32,106 nucleotides of DNA from NCBI GenBank assembly GCA_026713505.1, contig JAPOOH010000033.1, positions 1 through 32,106 of the forward strand, given 5' to 3'. The notes under the pieces were generated by a model, which made no database searches, had not been told where the DNA came from, and saw nothing but the letters and a program-made list of their open reading frames with translations. Positions 24,221-32,106 of the stretch are shown piece by piece; the first letter of the stretch is position 1, and each line of letters opens with the position of its first letter. The translations under genes were made by a program, and so were the position numbers. The DNA is from Chloroflexota bacterium (GTDB lineage Bacteria > Chloroflexota > Dehalococcoidia > Lucifugimonadales > Australimonadaceae).

Positions 24221-24649
24221 ATGACACTCGCAAGCAGTAACACCCGGGTCGGCGCGCTCAACCACGTCGGCCTCGCCGTCGTCAGCATTGAGGAGTCTCT
24301 GCTGCAGTTCTACGACCTGCTGGACTCCCCGCAGGCGGCACGCATCCTCGTGAACGAAGAGCACGGAGTGCGGGGGGCCTTCATCGAACAGGGAGAGACG
24401 CACATCGAACTGCTCCAACCGCTCCGCGCCGACTCGGTCATCGGCCGGTTCCTGGAACGCCATGGCGAAGGCATCCATCACATGGCGTTCACTGTGGATG
24501 ACGTCGACGTGAAGGCCCGCGAGCTCGAATCCCTCGGCATTCCCATCATCACCGGGCCCCGCGAGGGGTTCACGGGACGGATCGCCTTCACCGACCCCTC
24601 GAAGACCCACGGCGCGCTCCTCGAGTTCGTGACCCCTTACGAGCACTGA
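24221..24649 (+). CDS. mce: methylmalonyl-CoA epimerase (VOC/glyoxalase fold)
   Basis: LNHVGLAVVSIEESL...HGVRGAFIEQGETHIELLQPL...SVIGRFLERHGEGIHHMAFTVDDVD...GRIAFTDPSKTHGALLEFV matches the epimerase metal-ligand pattern (H...E...H...E). The start is set at ATG 24221 (142 aa). The track start at 24134 adds a non-homologous extension. Confidence 0.85.
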   Translation: MTLASSNTRVGALNHVGLAVVSIEESLLQFYDLLDSPQAARILVNEEHGVRGAFIEQGETHIELLQPLRADSVIGRFLERHGEGIHHMAFTVDDVDVKARELESLGIPIITGPREGFTGRIAFTDPSKTHGALLEFVTPYEH

Positions 24650-24658
24650 CCTTCCCCG

Positions 24659-25075
24659 ATGGCGGAAGCCCTCCGAGTCCTCATCGCCAAGCCTGGTCTC
24701 GATGGCCATGATCGTGGCGCGCGTGTGATCGTGCGTCTGCTGCGTGAGTCAGGTTTCGATGTGGCGTACACCGGCATCCGCAGGACACCGGATGAGATTG
24801 CCGAACAGGCGCGTGAGTTTGGCGCTGAAGCCGTCGGCCTGAGTATCCTCTCCGGCGCGCACATGGAACTCGTCCCTGCGGTCATCGAGGCACTGCAGCG
24901 CGCGGGGCTGGAACATGTCCCGTTGATCGCCGGCGGCATCATCCCCCCGCAGGACCGTACCGCACTCCTTGAGATGGGAGTCGCCGCGATATTCACGCCC
25001 GGAGCGCGCTCCGATGACCTGCTCACCGCCCTCCGCGCCGCTGCCGAAGCCGGACGCCGCGCCCAGGAGCGCTGA
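24659..25075 (+). CDS. methylmalonyl-CoA mutase, cobalamin-binding small subunit/domain
   Basis: RVLIAKPGLDGHDRGARVIVRLLRESGFDVAYTG...GLSILSGAH...IAGGIIP carries the B12-binding DxHxxG...SxL...GG signature. No catalytic large subunit lies in this window. Confidence 0.88.
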   Translation: MAEALRVLIAKPGLDGHDRGARVIVRLLRESGFDVAYTGIRRTPDEIAEQAREFGAEAVGLSILSGAHMELVPAVIEALQRAGLEHVPLIAGGIIPPQDRTALLEMGVAAIFTPGARSDDLLTALRAAAEAGRRAQER

Positions 25076-25148
25076 CCGTCAGTATCCGGCGCTCGTCCTG
25101 CCTCCTGCGCCGCCTGCTATACTTATACGGTTGCGTACGGATACGGCG

Positions 25149-25679
25149 ATGAGCCTGCAGCTACAAGTGAACGTCGCCCAGCTCCTCAAGGACGCTGTCG
25201 GGGCCACCCGAACGTTCGAGGTCGACGGCCCCGAACTCGAATCGGATGACGGCTCTCCGGCCTGCGTCCAGGGGAAGTTGCGGCTCACCAGGACAGATCG
25301 GGGAGTATGGGTTTCCGGCTCTGTCACGTTCTCCTCAGACTACGTCTGCAGCCGGTGTCTCGCTCCGTTCGCATCGTGGGGAGAAGCGAAGGTGGACGAT
25401 GTCTTTCTCCCGAACGTGGACATCGCCACCGGAGCGAAGCTCCGCTACCATGACGACGGAAGCGGAGCGGACTTGAACAGCATCGACGAGCAGCATGTGC
25501 TCGACCTGACCGACACGCTACGTCAGTACAGACTGGCAGCCATCCCGATGGCGCCCGTCTGCCGGGAGGACTGCAAGGGAATCTGCCCCGAGTGCGGAAC
25601 CAACCTCAATGAGGTCGCTTGCTCATGCGAGCGCTATCAGGACCAGCGTTGGACCGTGCTGCGGGAGCTTTTGGAGTGA
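25149..25679 (+). CDS. yceD: YceD/DUF177 family protein (large-subunit rRNA accumulation protein)
   Basis: The gene sits immediately upstream of rpmF. The C-terminal Cys cluster CREDCKGICPECGTNLNEVACSC and the overall layout are typical of DUF177. The start is set at ATG 25149. Confidence 0.85.
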   Translation: MSLQLQVNVAQLLKDAVGATRTFEVDGPELESDDGSPACVQGKLRLTRTDRGVWVSGSVTFSSDYVCSRCLAPFASWGEAKVDDVFLPNVDIATGAKLRYHDDGSGADLNSIDEQHVLDLTDTLRQYRLAAIPMAPVCREDCKGICPECGTNLNEVACSCERYQDQRWTVLRELLE

Positions 25680-25686
25680 GCGAGCC

Positions 25687-25878
25687 ATGCCCCCTCTACC
25701 AAAGAGAAAGCGATCCAAGTCCCGCGTCGGCACGAACCGCGCCCACCAGCACATCTCGCTTGTGGGCCTCGTGGAATGTCCGCGCTGCCACGAAGCGATG
25801 AGGCCGCACCACGTCTGCCCTTCCTGCGGCTACTACCGCGGACGCGACGTGCTCCGCGTGGACAGCACCCTCGACTAA
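25687..25878 (+). CDS. rpmF: 50S ribosomal protein L32
   Basis: MPPLPKRKRSKSRVGTNRAHQHISLVGLVECPRCHEAMRPHHVCPSCGYYRGRDV is canonical L32 with a CxxC...CxxC zinc ribbon. Confidence 0.93.
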   Translation: MPPLPKRKRSKSRVGTNRAHQHISLVGLVECPRCHEAMRPHHVCPSCGYYRGRDVLRVDSTLD

Positions 25879-25894
25879 CGCGCGCCTGCGCTCG

Positions 25895-26812
25895 ATGACA
25901 ACCGCCTTCATCTTCCCCGGACAGGGCGCTCAGGCAGTCGGCATGGGCGCCGATGTCTACCACGGCTCCCCAGCGGCACGAGCTGTCTTCGACGAAGCAG
26001 ACGAGGTTCTGGGGTTCCCTCTTTCTCGATTGATCCTGGAGGGGCCTGCTGACGAACTCGTGCGTTCGTTGAACGCCCAGCCTGCCATTCTGTGCGTAAG
26101 CATCGCGATGCTCAGGGCGGCAGAGGACAGCCTCGGCGCCAGGATGCCCAGGCCTGTTTTCACCGCCGGGCACAGTGTCGGCGAATACGCCGCCCTCGTT
26201 GCCGCCGGTACGCTCTCCCTTTCTGAGGCCCTGCGCCTCGTGCGGATGCGCGGCGAACTCATGCAGGCGGCCTGTGACGCTACTCCAAGCGGAATGGCAG
26301 CTCTCATCGGCCTCACCCTGGAGCCTGCCCGGCGCGCTTGCGAAGGCACCGGCGCACAGGTGGCCAACGTCAACTCCGCAGAACAGATCGTGCTGGGCGG
26401 TCCGAACGGTGCCCTGGAGAGGGCGATTGCGAATGCGAAAGAGGCTGGAGCGCGCCGCGCGATCCCGCTGGACGTCGCGGGCGCATTCCACACTGAAGTC
26501 ATGCGTCCGGCGCAGGAAGCGATGGCCCACGTCCTTGCAGAAGCAGCCCTGGGCGATTCCACTGTACCTGTGGTAGCCAACACGACGGCTCTGGCGATCG
26601 GAGCAGCGGGGGAGATACGGTCAGAACTCGAATCTCAACTCTGCGGTTGCGTCTATTGGCAACAGTCCGTGGAGCTCATGGCAGCGAAAGGAGTGGACCG
26701 ATTCATCGAATTCGGCCCGGGTAAGGTGCTCACCGGACTCTCTCGGCGCATCGCACCGGACACTGCGGCGCTGGCCGTACCAGACCTAGACGCTATCGGT
26801 GCGCTGGCGTAA
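25895..26812 (+). CDS. fabD: ACP S-malonyltransferase
   Basis: The N-terminus is FIFPGQGAQAVGMG. The active-site motif is GHSVGEYAALVAAG, and AGAFHT is also present. The protein is 305 aa. Confidence 0.93.
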   Translation: MTTAFIFPGQGAQAVGMGADVYHGSPAARAVFDEADEVLGFPLSRLILEGPADELVRSLNAQPAILCVSIAMLRAAEDSLGARMPRPVFTAGHSVGEYAALVAAGTLSLSEALRLVRMRGELMQAACDATPSGMAALIGLTLEPARRACEGTGAQVANVNSAEQIVLGGPNGALERAIANAKEAGARRAIPLDVAGAFHTEVMRPAQEAMAHVLAEAALGDSTVPVVANTTALAIGAAGEIRSELESQLCGCVYWQQSVELMAAKGVDRFIEFGPGKVLTGLSRRIAPDTAALAVPDLDAIGALA

Positions 26813-26866
26813 GATTGTGAAGAAACTTGCCTCCTTTAGTGGCTGAGGCATCTCCTTAACAAGCCG

Positions 26867-27334
26867 ATGAACGAGTCTCCCGGTGGTACGACAAGGGCCA
26901 ACCGAAGCCGCAGGCGTCCAGAGCATCAGGGACGCGTGCTCGCGCTCCAGGTGCTCTACGAGTGCGACCTCACCCAGCACGAATGGCGGTCCGCACTGGA
27001 AGCACATGCGGACGAGTTGCATGCAACCCATGATGCCGTCTGCTTCGCGGAAAACTGCATCGAAGGTGTCGTCAAGGAGCAGGGCAACCTGGACGCCCTC
27101 ATCCAACGGCACCAGCACCAGTGGCCTGTCGAGCAACTTGCCGCGGTCGACCGGGCTGTGCTCCGGCTGGGGCTGTTCGAACTGGCTGACGGTTCGTCCA
27201 CACCTCCGGTGGTGGCTATCAACGAGGCCGTGGAGTTGGCGAAGACTTTCGGAAGTGATGGGTCCGCCAGGTTCGTCAACGGCGTGCTTGGGGCATCGTT
27301 CAACGAGCAACAAAACAGAACAGCAGGATGTTGA
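26867..27334 (+). CDS. nusB: transcription antitermination factor NusB
   Basis: [13 protein letters not shown]...[12 protein letters not shown]...[30 protein letters not shown] is the NusB fold signature. Confidence 0.88.
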   Translation: MNESPGGTTRANRSRRRPEHQGRVLALQVLYECDLTQHEWRSALEAHADELHATHDAVCFAENCIEGVVKEQGNLDALIQRHQHQWPVEQLAAVDRAVLRLGLFELADGSSTPPVVAINEAVELAKTFGSDGSARFVNGVLGASFNEQQNRTAGC

Positions 27335-27342
27335 GGGAAGAC

Positions 27343-27600
27343 ATGGCGACCGTCTATGACCGTGTAAAGAATGTAGTAGTGGACAGGCTGGGGGTGGAGG
27401 AGAGCGCCATCGCCATGGAGTCCTCTTTCGTGGACGACCTGAACGCCGACTCCCTGGACCTGGTTGAACTGATCATGGCTTTCGAGGAGGAATTCTCGAC
27501 CGATTCGCTCGCGCTGAAGATTTCCGACGAGGACGCGGAGCAGATCAGGACCATCCAGAACGCCGTGGACTTTATCAAGAGCAAGGGCGTTTCCGACTGA
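27343..27600 (+). CDS. acpP: acyl carrier protein
   Basis: The SD GAGGGAAG precedes the ATG at 27343. [14 protein letters not shown]...[24 protein letters not shown] carries the phosphopantetheine-attachment DSL motif. The protein is 85 aa. Confidence 0.93.
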   Translation: MATVYDRVKNVVVDRLGVEESAIAMESSFVDDLNADSLDLVELIMAFEEEFSTDSLALKISDEDAEQIRTIQNAVDFIKSKGVSD

Positions 27601-27610
27601 CAGGACGCCC

Positions 27611-28231
27611 GTGGCTGACCTTCAGGCACTCCACCAACAGATACACACCTGTCAGGATTGTGCTCTCCATCGTACGCGGGAGAATGCGGTGCCGGGAGAG
27701 GGTGCACACAACGCCTCGCTCATGTTCGTCGGCGAAGGCCCCGGCTTCAACGAGGACCGCCAGGGCAGGCCTTTCGTCGGCGCAGCAGGACAGTACCTCA
27801 ACGAACTGCTCCATTCGATCGGGCTGAAGCGGGAGGACGTATTCATCACCAACATGGTGAAGTGCCGCCCTCCCAACAACCGTGACCCCTACCCCGGTGA
27901 GATCAACGCCTGCTCTGGGTATCTCAACGCTCAGATAGAGACCATCAGACCCGCAGTCATTGTTCCGTTGGGGCGTCATGCACTTGCCCGCTGGTTCCCC
28001 CGAGACTCAATCAGCAAGGTGAGGGCGCGGCCTCGCACCTTTAACGGCATCACCGTCTTCCCCCTGTACCATCCGGCTGCCGCGTTGCACAACGGCGCAC
28101 TCCGGGCCACCATCGAAGCCGACTTCGCGAAGCTGGGCGCCTTGCTCAAGGAGCGGGAGTCCCCTGGAGCGAATGCCGTGTCCGACACCCCTGACGAGGC
28201 CGACAACTCCCAGCAATTGAGCATGTTCTAA
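27611..28231 (+). CDS. uracil-DNA glycosylase, family 4 (Fe-S type)
   Basis: CQDCALH...VPGEGAHNASLMFVGEGPGFNEDRQGRPFVGAAGQ...ITNMVKCRPP...EINAC...LYHPAAALHN shows the family-4 GEGPG and HPAA motifs with four Cys ligands. The start is GTG. Confidence 0.88.
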   Translation: MADLQALHQQIHTCQDCALHRTRENAVPGEGAHNASLMFVGEGPGFNEDRQGRPFVGAAGQYLNELLHSIGLKREDVFITNMVKCRPPNNRDPYPGEINACSGYLNAQIETIRPAVIVPLGRHALARWFPRDSISKVRARPRTFNGITVFPLYHPAAALHNGALRATIEADFAKLGALLKERESPGANAVSDTPDEADNSQQLSMF

Positions 28232-28234
28232 CCT

Positions 28235-29890
28235 ATGCCGTACCCCATCCGCATCGTTCCCATCGGCGGCCTCGGTGAGGTGGGCAAGAACATGCTGTGC
28301 GTCGAGTACGGCGACGATATCGTCGTCATCGACGCAGGGCTCATGTTCCCCAAGCAGGAGATGCTCGGCATAGACCTTGTGCTGCCGGACGTCTCCTACC
28401 TGGTCGCCAACGCAGAGCGGTTGCGGGCGATCCTTATCACCCACGGACACGAAGACCACACCGGAGCACTGCCCTATGTGCTGCGCGAACTGGACGTGCC
28501 CGTTTACGCGCCACCGCTCGCCCACGACCTGATCGAAGTGAAGCTGCGCCAGCACCACATGGGCGACGTGGAACTTCATGAGGTCGACGCCGGCAGCATC
28601 CTGGACTTCGGTGACATTCAGGTGGAGTACTTCCGCGTATGCCACAGCATCCCGGACGCCTGCGGCATCGCGCTGCGTACGCCGGCTGGGCTCATCGTCC
28701 ACACCGGGGACTTCAAGATAGACCACACACCGGCGGACGGACGCCCCACCGACCTCCAGCGGCTCGCGGAACTCGGAAGTGAAGGAGTCCTCCTGCTGCT
28801 CTCCGATTCCACATATGCCGAAATGCCGGGTTACACACCATCGGAGAGCGTCGTGGCGGTCGCGCTCGATCACGTCATCGCCGACGCGCCGGGGCGGGTG
28901 CTCATCGCCACGCTCGCATCGCTCATCGCACGTGTGCAGCAGGTGCTGGACGCCGCAGTGAAGCACGGACGGAAGGTCGCACCAGCCGGGCGCTCCATGA
29001 TTGACAACGTCAACATGGCTGTGGCGAACGGCTACATCGCGGCCCCGCCCGGCACATTGCTCGATCTGCAGGCCTTGAGCACTCTCCCTCACGATCGGCA
29101 GGTCATCGTCCTCACCGGCTCACAGGGTGAACCACTCTCCGTCCTCTCCAGAGTAGCCAACAACGCCAACCGGGACATCGAAGTGCACGAGAATGACACT
29201 GTCGTCATCTCGGCCACGGCCATCCCCGGCAACGAGACCGTCATCGCCTCCGTCGTGGACAACCTGACACGGAGAGGAGCTCGAGTACTGACCCGCCGCA
29301 CGTCCCCCGGCGTCCACGTTCCCGGCCACGGGAGTCAGGAAGAACTCAAACTGATGCTCCGCCTCATCAACCCGCACTACTTCGTACCGGTTCACGGCGA
29401 ATACCGGATGCTCGCGGCACATGCAGACCTCGCCCGGCAGACCAGCGTCGCGCCGGAGAACATCTTCGTTCTGGAAGACGGTGACGTGCTGGAATTGGAC
29501 GACAGCGGCGCTGGACTTGTAGAGCCTATCCAGGCAGGTCACGTCTACGTGGACGGGCTCCGCACGTGGGACGTCGGCGAGGCTGTGCTGCGGGACCGTC
29601 GTATGCTATCCCGCGACGGGTTCGTCGTGGTCGTCGTCCCCGTCGACCAAGCGACGGGCAGGGTATACGGAGAGCCGGAGATCGTATCGAGCGGTTTCAC
29701 CGTGCCCGGGGAGGCCGAAGAACTCATGGAACGCGCGGCGGCAATCGTTGTTGAGGCGCTCCGTGCTCCCGACCTCGACCCTCTCAACGAGGACCACGTC
29801 AACGACCGCGTGCGCGAAGCTCTCAGCCGTTTCCTTTACAAAGAGACGCGCAGCCGCCCGATGATCCTTACCATCCCTGTGGAAGTCTGA
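28235..29890 (+). CDS. rnj: ribonuclease J
   Basis: IVPIGGLGEVGKNM...VIDAGLMFP...ILITHGHEDHTGALPY...HTGDFK...SDST...HGSQEELK...VPVHGEYR shows metallo-beta-lactamase/beta-CASP RNase J motifs. The protein is 551 aa. Confidence 0.93.
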   Translation: MPYPIRIVPIGGLGEVGKNMLCVEYGDDIVVIDAGLMFPKQEMLGIDLVLPDVSYLVANAERLRAILITHGHEDHTGALPYVLRELDVPVYAPPLAHDLIEVKLRQHHMGDVELHEVDAGSILDFGDIQVEYFRVCHSIPDACGIALRTPAGLIVHTGDFKIDHTPADGRPTDLQRLAELGSEGVLLLLSDSTYAEMPGYTPSESVVAVALDHVIADAPGRVLIATLASLIARVQQVLDAAVKHGRKVAPAGRSMIDNVNMAVANGYIAAPPGTLLDLQALSTLPHDRQVIVLTGSQGEPLSVLSRVANNANRDIEVHENDTVVISATAIPGNETVIASVVDNLTRRGARVLTRRTSPGVHVPGHGSQEELKLMLRLINPHYFVPVHGEYRMLAAHADLARQTSVAPENIFVLEDGDVLELDDSGAGLVEPIQAGHVYVDGLRTWDVGEAVLRDRRMLSRDGFVVVVVPVDQATGRVYGEPEIVSSGFTVPGEAEELMERAAAIVVEALRAPDLDPLNEDHVNDRVREALSRFLYKETRSRPMILTIPVEV

Positions 29891-29985
29891 GCCCAACCGG
29901 CCTCGCTGCCCCACCCTACCCGGTTGCGGGAACGCCTTCGGCCTATCTCTTCATAATCTGCAAGCAGACCCGGCTCACAACCGGG

Positions 29986-32106
29986 ATGCAGCCGGTTAAA
30001 GTCCGAAGAGTGAAGCACCGAATCGCTGCATTGTTGTTCAATCAGGTCGGCGTTCTGCTCGTGCTGATCGTGGCGGCCTTAGTGGCCTACGTCATCATCG
30101 GGCAGCCTGCCTGGGCGATAGACCCGTTGCGTGGAGCTGCCTCCGACATCCTGGGCGGCCTCGGCGTAGGGTTGGTCCTGCTACTTGCCTTGGCCAGTTG
30201 GCTGGGGTGGTTGGCCTCCCGCGGGTTGAGGTTTCTTATCCGCCAGTGGCGCTACGTGTTCGGGCTGGCCTTCCTCATGGCTGGAGCGCTAGCTTTCCTA
30301 TCCTACTTTCACACCGGGTTTCCCCTTATCGGCACCGCGCCGTTAGGAGGTGATCTGGGCGGTCAGATCCGCGGGACCTACGGTGCACCTGGAGTCCTCC
30401 GCACCGCCGTTCTCGTCACGCTCGGTGCGTGGCTCATCGCGCCCGTGTTTTTCAACCACGCTGCGCTGTGGATAGGACGCGGAACGGTTGCGACGGGCAG
30501 GGGTATCGGCAGCGGTGTGAGCCGCATGCGACGTAGGGAAGGCTCTGCCCTGCAGGAAGTAGACGACTATCTCACCTCCAGCGCCACCGCCTCCCGCGCT
30601 GCGCAGATGGAAGCCCTCCTTGCAGCAGATGACTACCGCCGAAGAACAGCCGCTCAGAGCGTTGTCACTCGGAGTGCCCCCGCTCCTCGGGGCCTCGCGT
30701 ACCTGGAGCCGACTTCCCCCAAACCGATCGTTTCCCGTCCTTCAGAGCCCGAAGCCAGACCGGAACGGAAGCCCGACCTTTGGCCTGGCCTGAGAAGCAA
30801 TGAGCCTGCGGCCGCAGAGCTGCAGCCGAATGCAGCTACAGCCACGATGGCACCCCCGCTCACCCAGAGCGAACCATACAGCGAGCCAATGCGTGTGGCG
30901 CCGCCCGACGCCGTGGAAGAGCAGCCGGCACCTGAACAGACCCACATACCGGAAGAAACATACGTCAACGGTACGCTCCACGCGGACGTGGAAGAGACCC
31001 TTGCCCTCGCTATCCCGGTAGAGATTCCGTGGGGCGAGATTACCGTTACACCAGAGCCATCCGCCCTCGAGCCAGAGGCTCCCCGGGCTGCAGCCCCTCT
31101 CCCTGATCTGCTTCCCCCGCTCGAACTCCTTGCGGCGCCGGTAGCCGCCGGGAGCATCACCGAGGAACACCTCACTACTGCCGCGCTCATCGAGGAGACG
31201 CTCGCACAACATGGCGTCGAGGTCAGCGTGTCGGAGATACGGCCGGGGCCAAGTGTCACGATGTTTGGCATCGTGCCCGGATGGAACCGCAAGGCAATGT
31301 CTGCTCGGGCGCGGGCGCTCGCCGCGCAGGAAGACAACCAGGTGCAGATGGAGGTGCGGAACCGCGTCAAGGTGGACAGCATCCTTGCACGGGAGAAGGA
31401 CCTCGCCCTGGCGCTCGCCGCGCCCACTCTCCGCATCCAGGCACCCGTCCCCGGGGAATCGCTCGTCGGCGTGGAGATGCCCAACAAGTCTTCTTCCATG
31501 GTGACCATCCGTACCGTGATGGAGTCTCCTGAGTATGAACGGATGCTCGCTGCCGGAGGCCTGCCCGTGGCGCTCGGCCTGGCCTCAGCCGGCGAGCCCG
31601 TCGCACTCGACCTGCTGAAGATGCCGCACTTGCTCATTGCCGGTGCCACAGGCAGCGGAAAGAGCGTCTGCATCAACACCATCATCTCGTCCATCATCTG
31701 CCACCAGGATCCTGCCAAGGTACGCATGCTCCTGGTCGACCCCAAGCGCGTGGAACTCACTCCCTACAACGGCATCCCCCACCTGTTAACGCCCGTCGTC
31801 GTCGACCCGGACAGGGTTGTTCGCCTGCTGAAGGGCGCCATCCAGGAGATGATGCGGCGGTACAAGCTGCTGGAGGAGGCCGGGGCGCGCAACATCGTCT
31901 CCTACAACAGCAATCCGCGGGCCACCGAGGAGATGCCGTACTTCGTCATCTGCATCGACGAGCTGGCGGACCTCATGATGACCGCCTCCTTTGACGTCGA
32001 GCAGTCGCTCTGCCGCCTCGCCCAGCTGGGCCGGGCGACGGGCATCCACCTCATCGTCGCAACGCAACGGCCCTCCGTGGACGTACTCACCGGGCTCATC
32101 AAGGCC
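29986..32106 (+). CDS. ftsK: DNA translocase FtsK/SpoIIIE, 5' part; runs off the right edge
   Basis: This gene is absent from the track because it has no stop in the window. I read the frame from ATG 29986 (alternative GTG 30010) open to 32106. The N-terminal TM helices include AALLFNQVGVLLVLIVAALVAYVII. A Pro/Glu-rich linker follows. The motor domain has Walker A LLIAGATGSGKSVCINT, then LLVDPKRVEL, FVICIDELADLMM and IHLIVATQRPSVDV. Confidence 0.9.
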   Translation, partial: MQPVKVRRVKHRIAALLFNQVGVLLVLIVAALVAYVIIGQPAWAIDPLRGAASDILGGLGVGLVLLLALASWLGWLASRGLRFLIRQWRYVFGLAFLMAGALAFLSYFHTGFPLIGTAPLGGDLGGQIRGTYGAPGVLRTAVLVTLGAWLIAPVFFNHAALWIGRGTVATGRGIGSGVSRMRRREGSALQEVDDYLTSSATASRAAQMEALLAADDYRRRTAAQSVVTRSAPAPRGLAYLEPTSPKPIVSRPSEPEARPERKPDLWPGLRSNEPAAAELQPNAATATMAPPLTQSEPYSEPMRVAPPDAVEEQPAPEQTHIPEETYVNGTLHADVEETLALAIPVEIPWGEITVTPEPSALEPEAPRAAAPLPDLLPPLELLAAPVAAGSITEEHLTTAALIEETLAQHGVEVSVSEIRPGPSVTMFGIVPGWNRKAMSARARALAAQEDNQVQMEVRNRVKVDSILAREKDLALALAAPTLRIQAPVPGESLVGVEMPNKSSSMVTIRTVMESPEYERMLAAGGLPVALGLASAGEPVALDLLKMPHLLIAGATGSGKSVCINTIISSIICHQDPAKVRMLLVDPKRVELTPYNGIPHLLTPVVVDPDRVVRLLKGAIQEMMRRYKLLEEAGARNIVSYNSNPRATEEMPYFVICIDELADLMMTASFDVEQSLCRLAQLGRATGIHLIVATQRPSVDVLTGLIKA

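Overview
This is a visibly GC-rich, very tightly packed chromosomal core segment. I call 33 protein-coding genes and one stand-alone 5S rRNA gene. I found no tRNA, no CRISPR array and no recognisable transposase, integrase or phage genes.

Gene order, left to right:
- A truncated cupin gene (minus strand).
- The rpmH-rnpA-yidD-[beta-propeller lipoprotein]-yidC-jag-[polytopic membrane protein] membrane-biogenesis cluster.
- priA and def.
- rplS and pfkA (minus strand).
- An orphan 5S rRNA with its own promoter and terminator.
- rpsA, clpC, radA and lipA.
- An enolase-superfamily dehydratase plus a 2-hydroxyacid dehydrogenase.
- A minus-strand block: RusA-like gene, rsmI, metG, polyprenyl synthase.
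- An acyl-CoA dehydrogenase.
- A roughly 490-bp non-coding gap.
- Methylmalonyl-CoA epimerase plus the B12-binding mutase subunit.
- yceD-rpmF-fabD-nusB-acpP.
- Family-4 uracil-DNA glycosylase, RNase J, and the 5' part of ftsK, which runs off the right edge.

The gene content (ClpC, RNase J, a 4-domain S1, an unlinked 5S, leaderless-looking starts) suggests a Terrabacteria-type lineage such as Chloroflexota. That is inference only.

I do not see a convincing defence island or mobile element, so this looks like an ordinary housekeeping region. The least explained pieces are:
1. The repeat-dense intergenic gap at 23732-24220, with phased copies of GAATGAGC/GCTCATTC in both orientations.
2. A RusA-family resolvase-like gene translationally coupled to rsmI outside any prophage.
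3. A ClpC whose first Walker A reads GPPGVGKP instead of ...GKT.
4. A recurring '-10 hexamer + 6 nt' geometry that implies leaderless def and mce mRNAs.
5. A 110-nt dual-coding overlap between yidC and jag.

The many long antisense ORFs in the supplied track are GC-rich shadow ORFs and were rejected.
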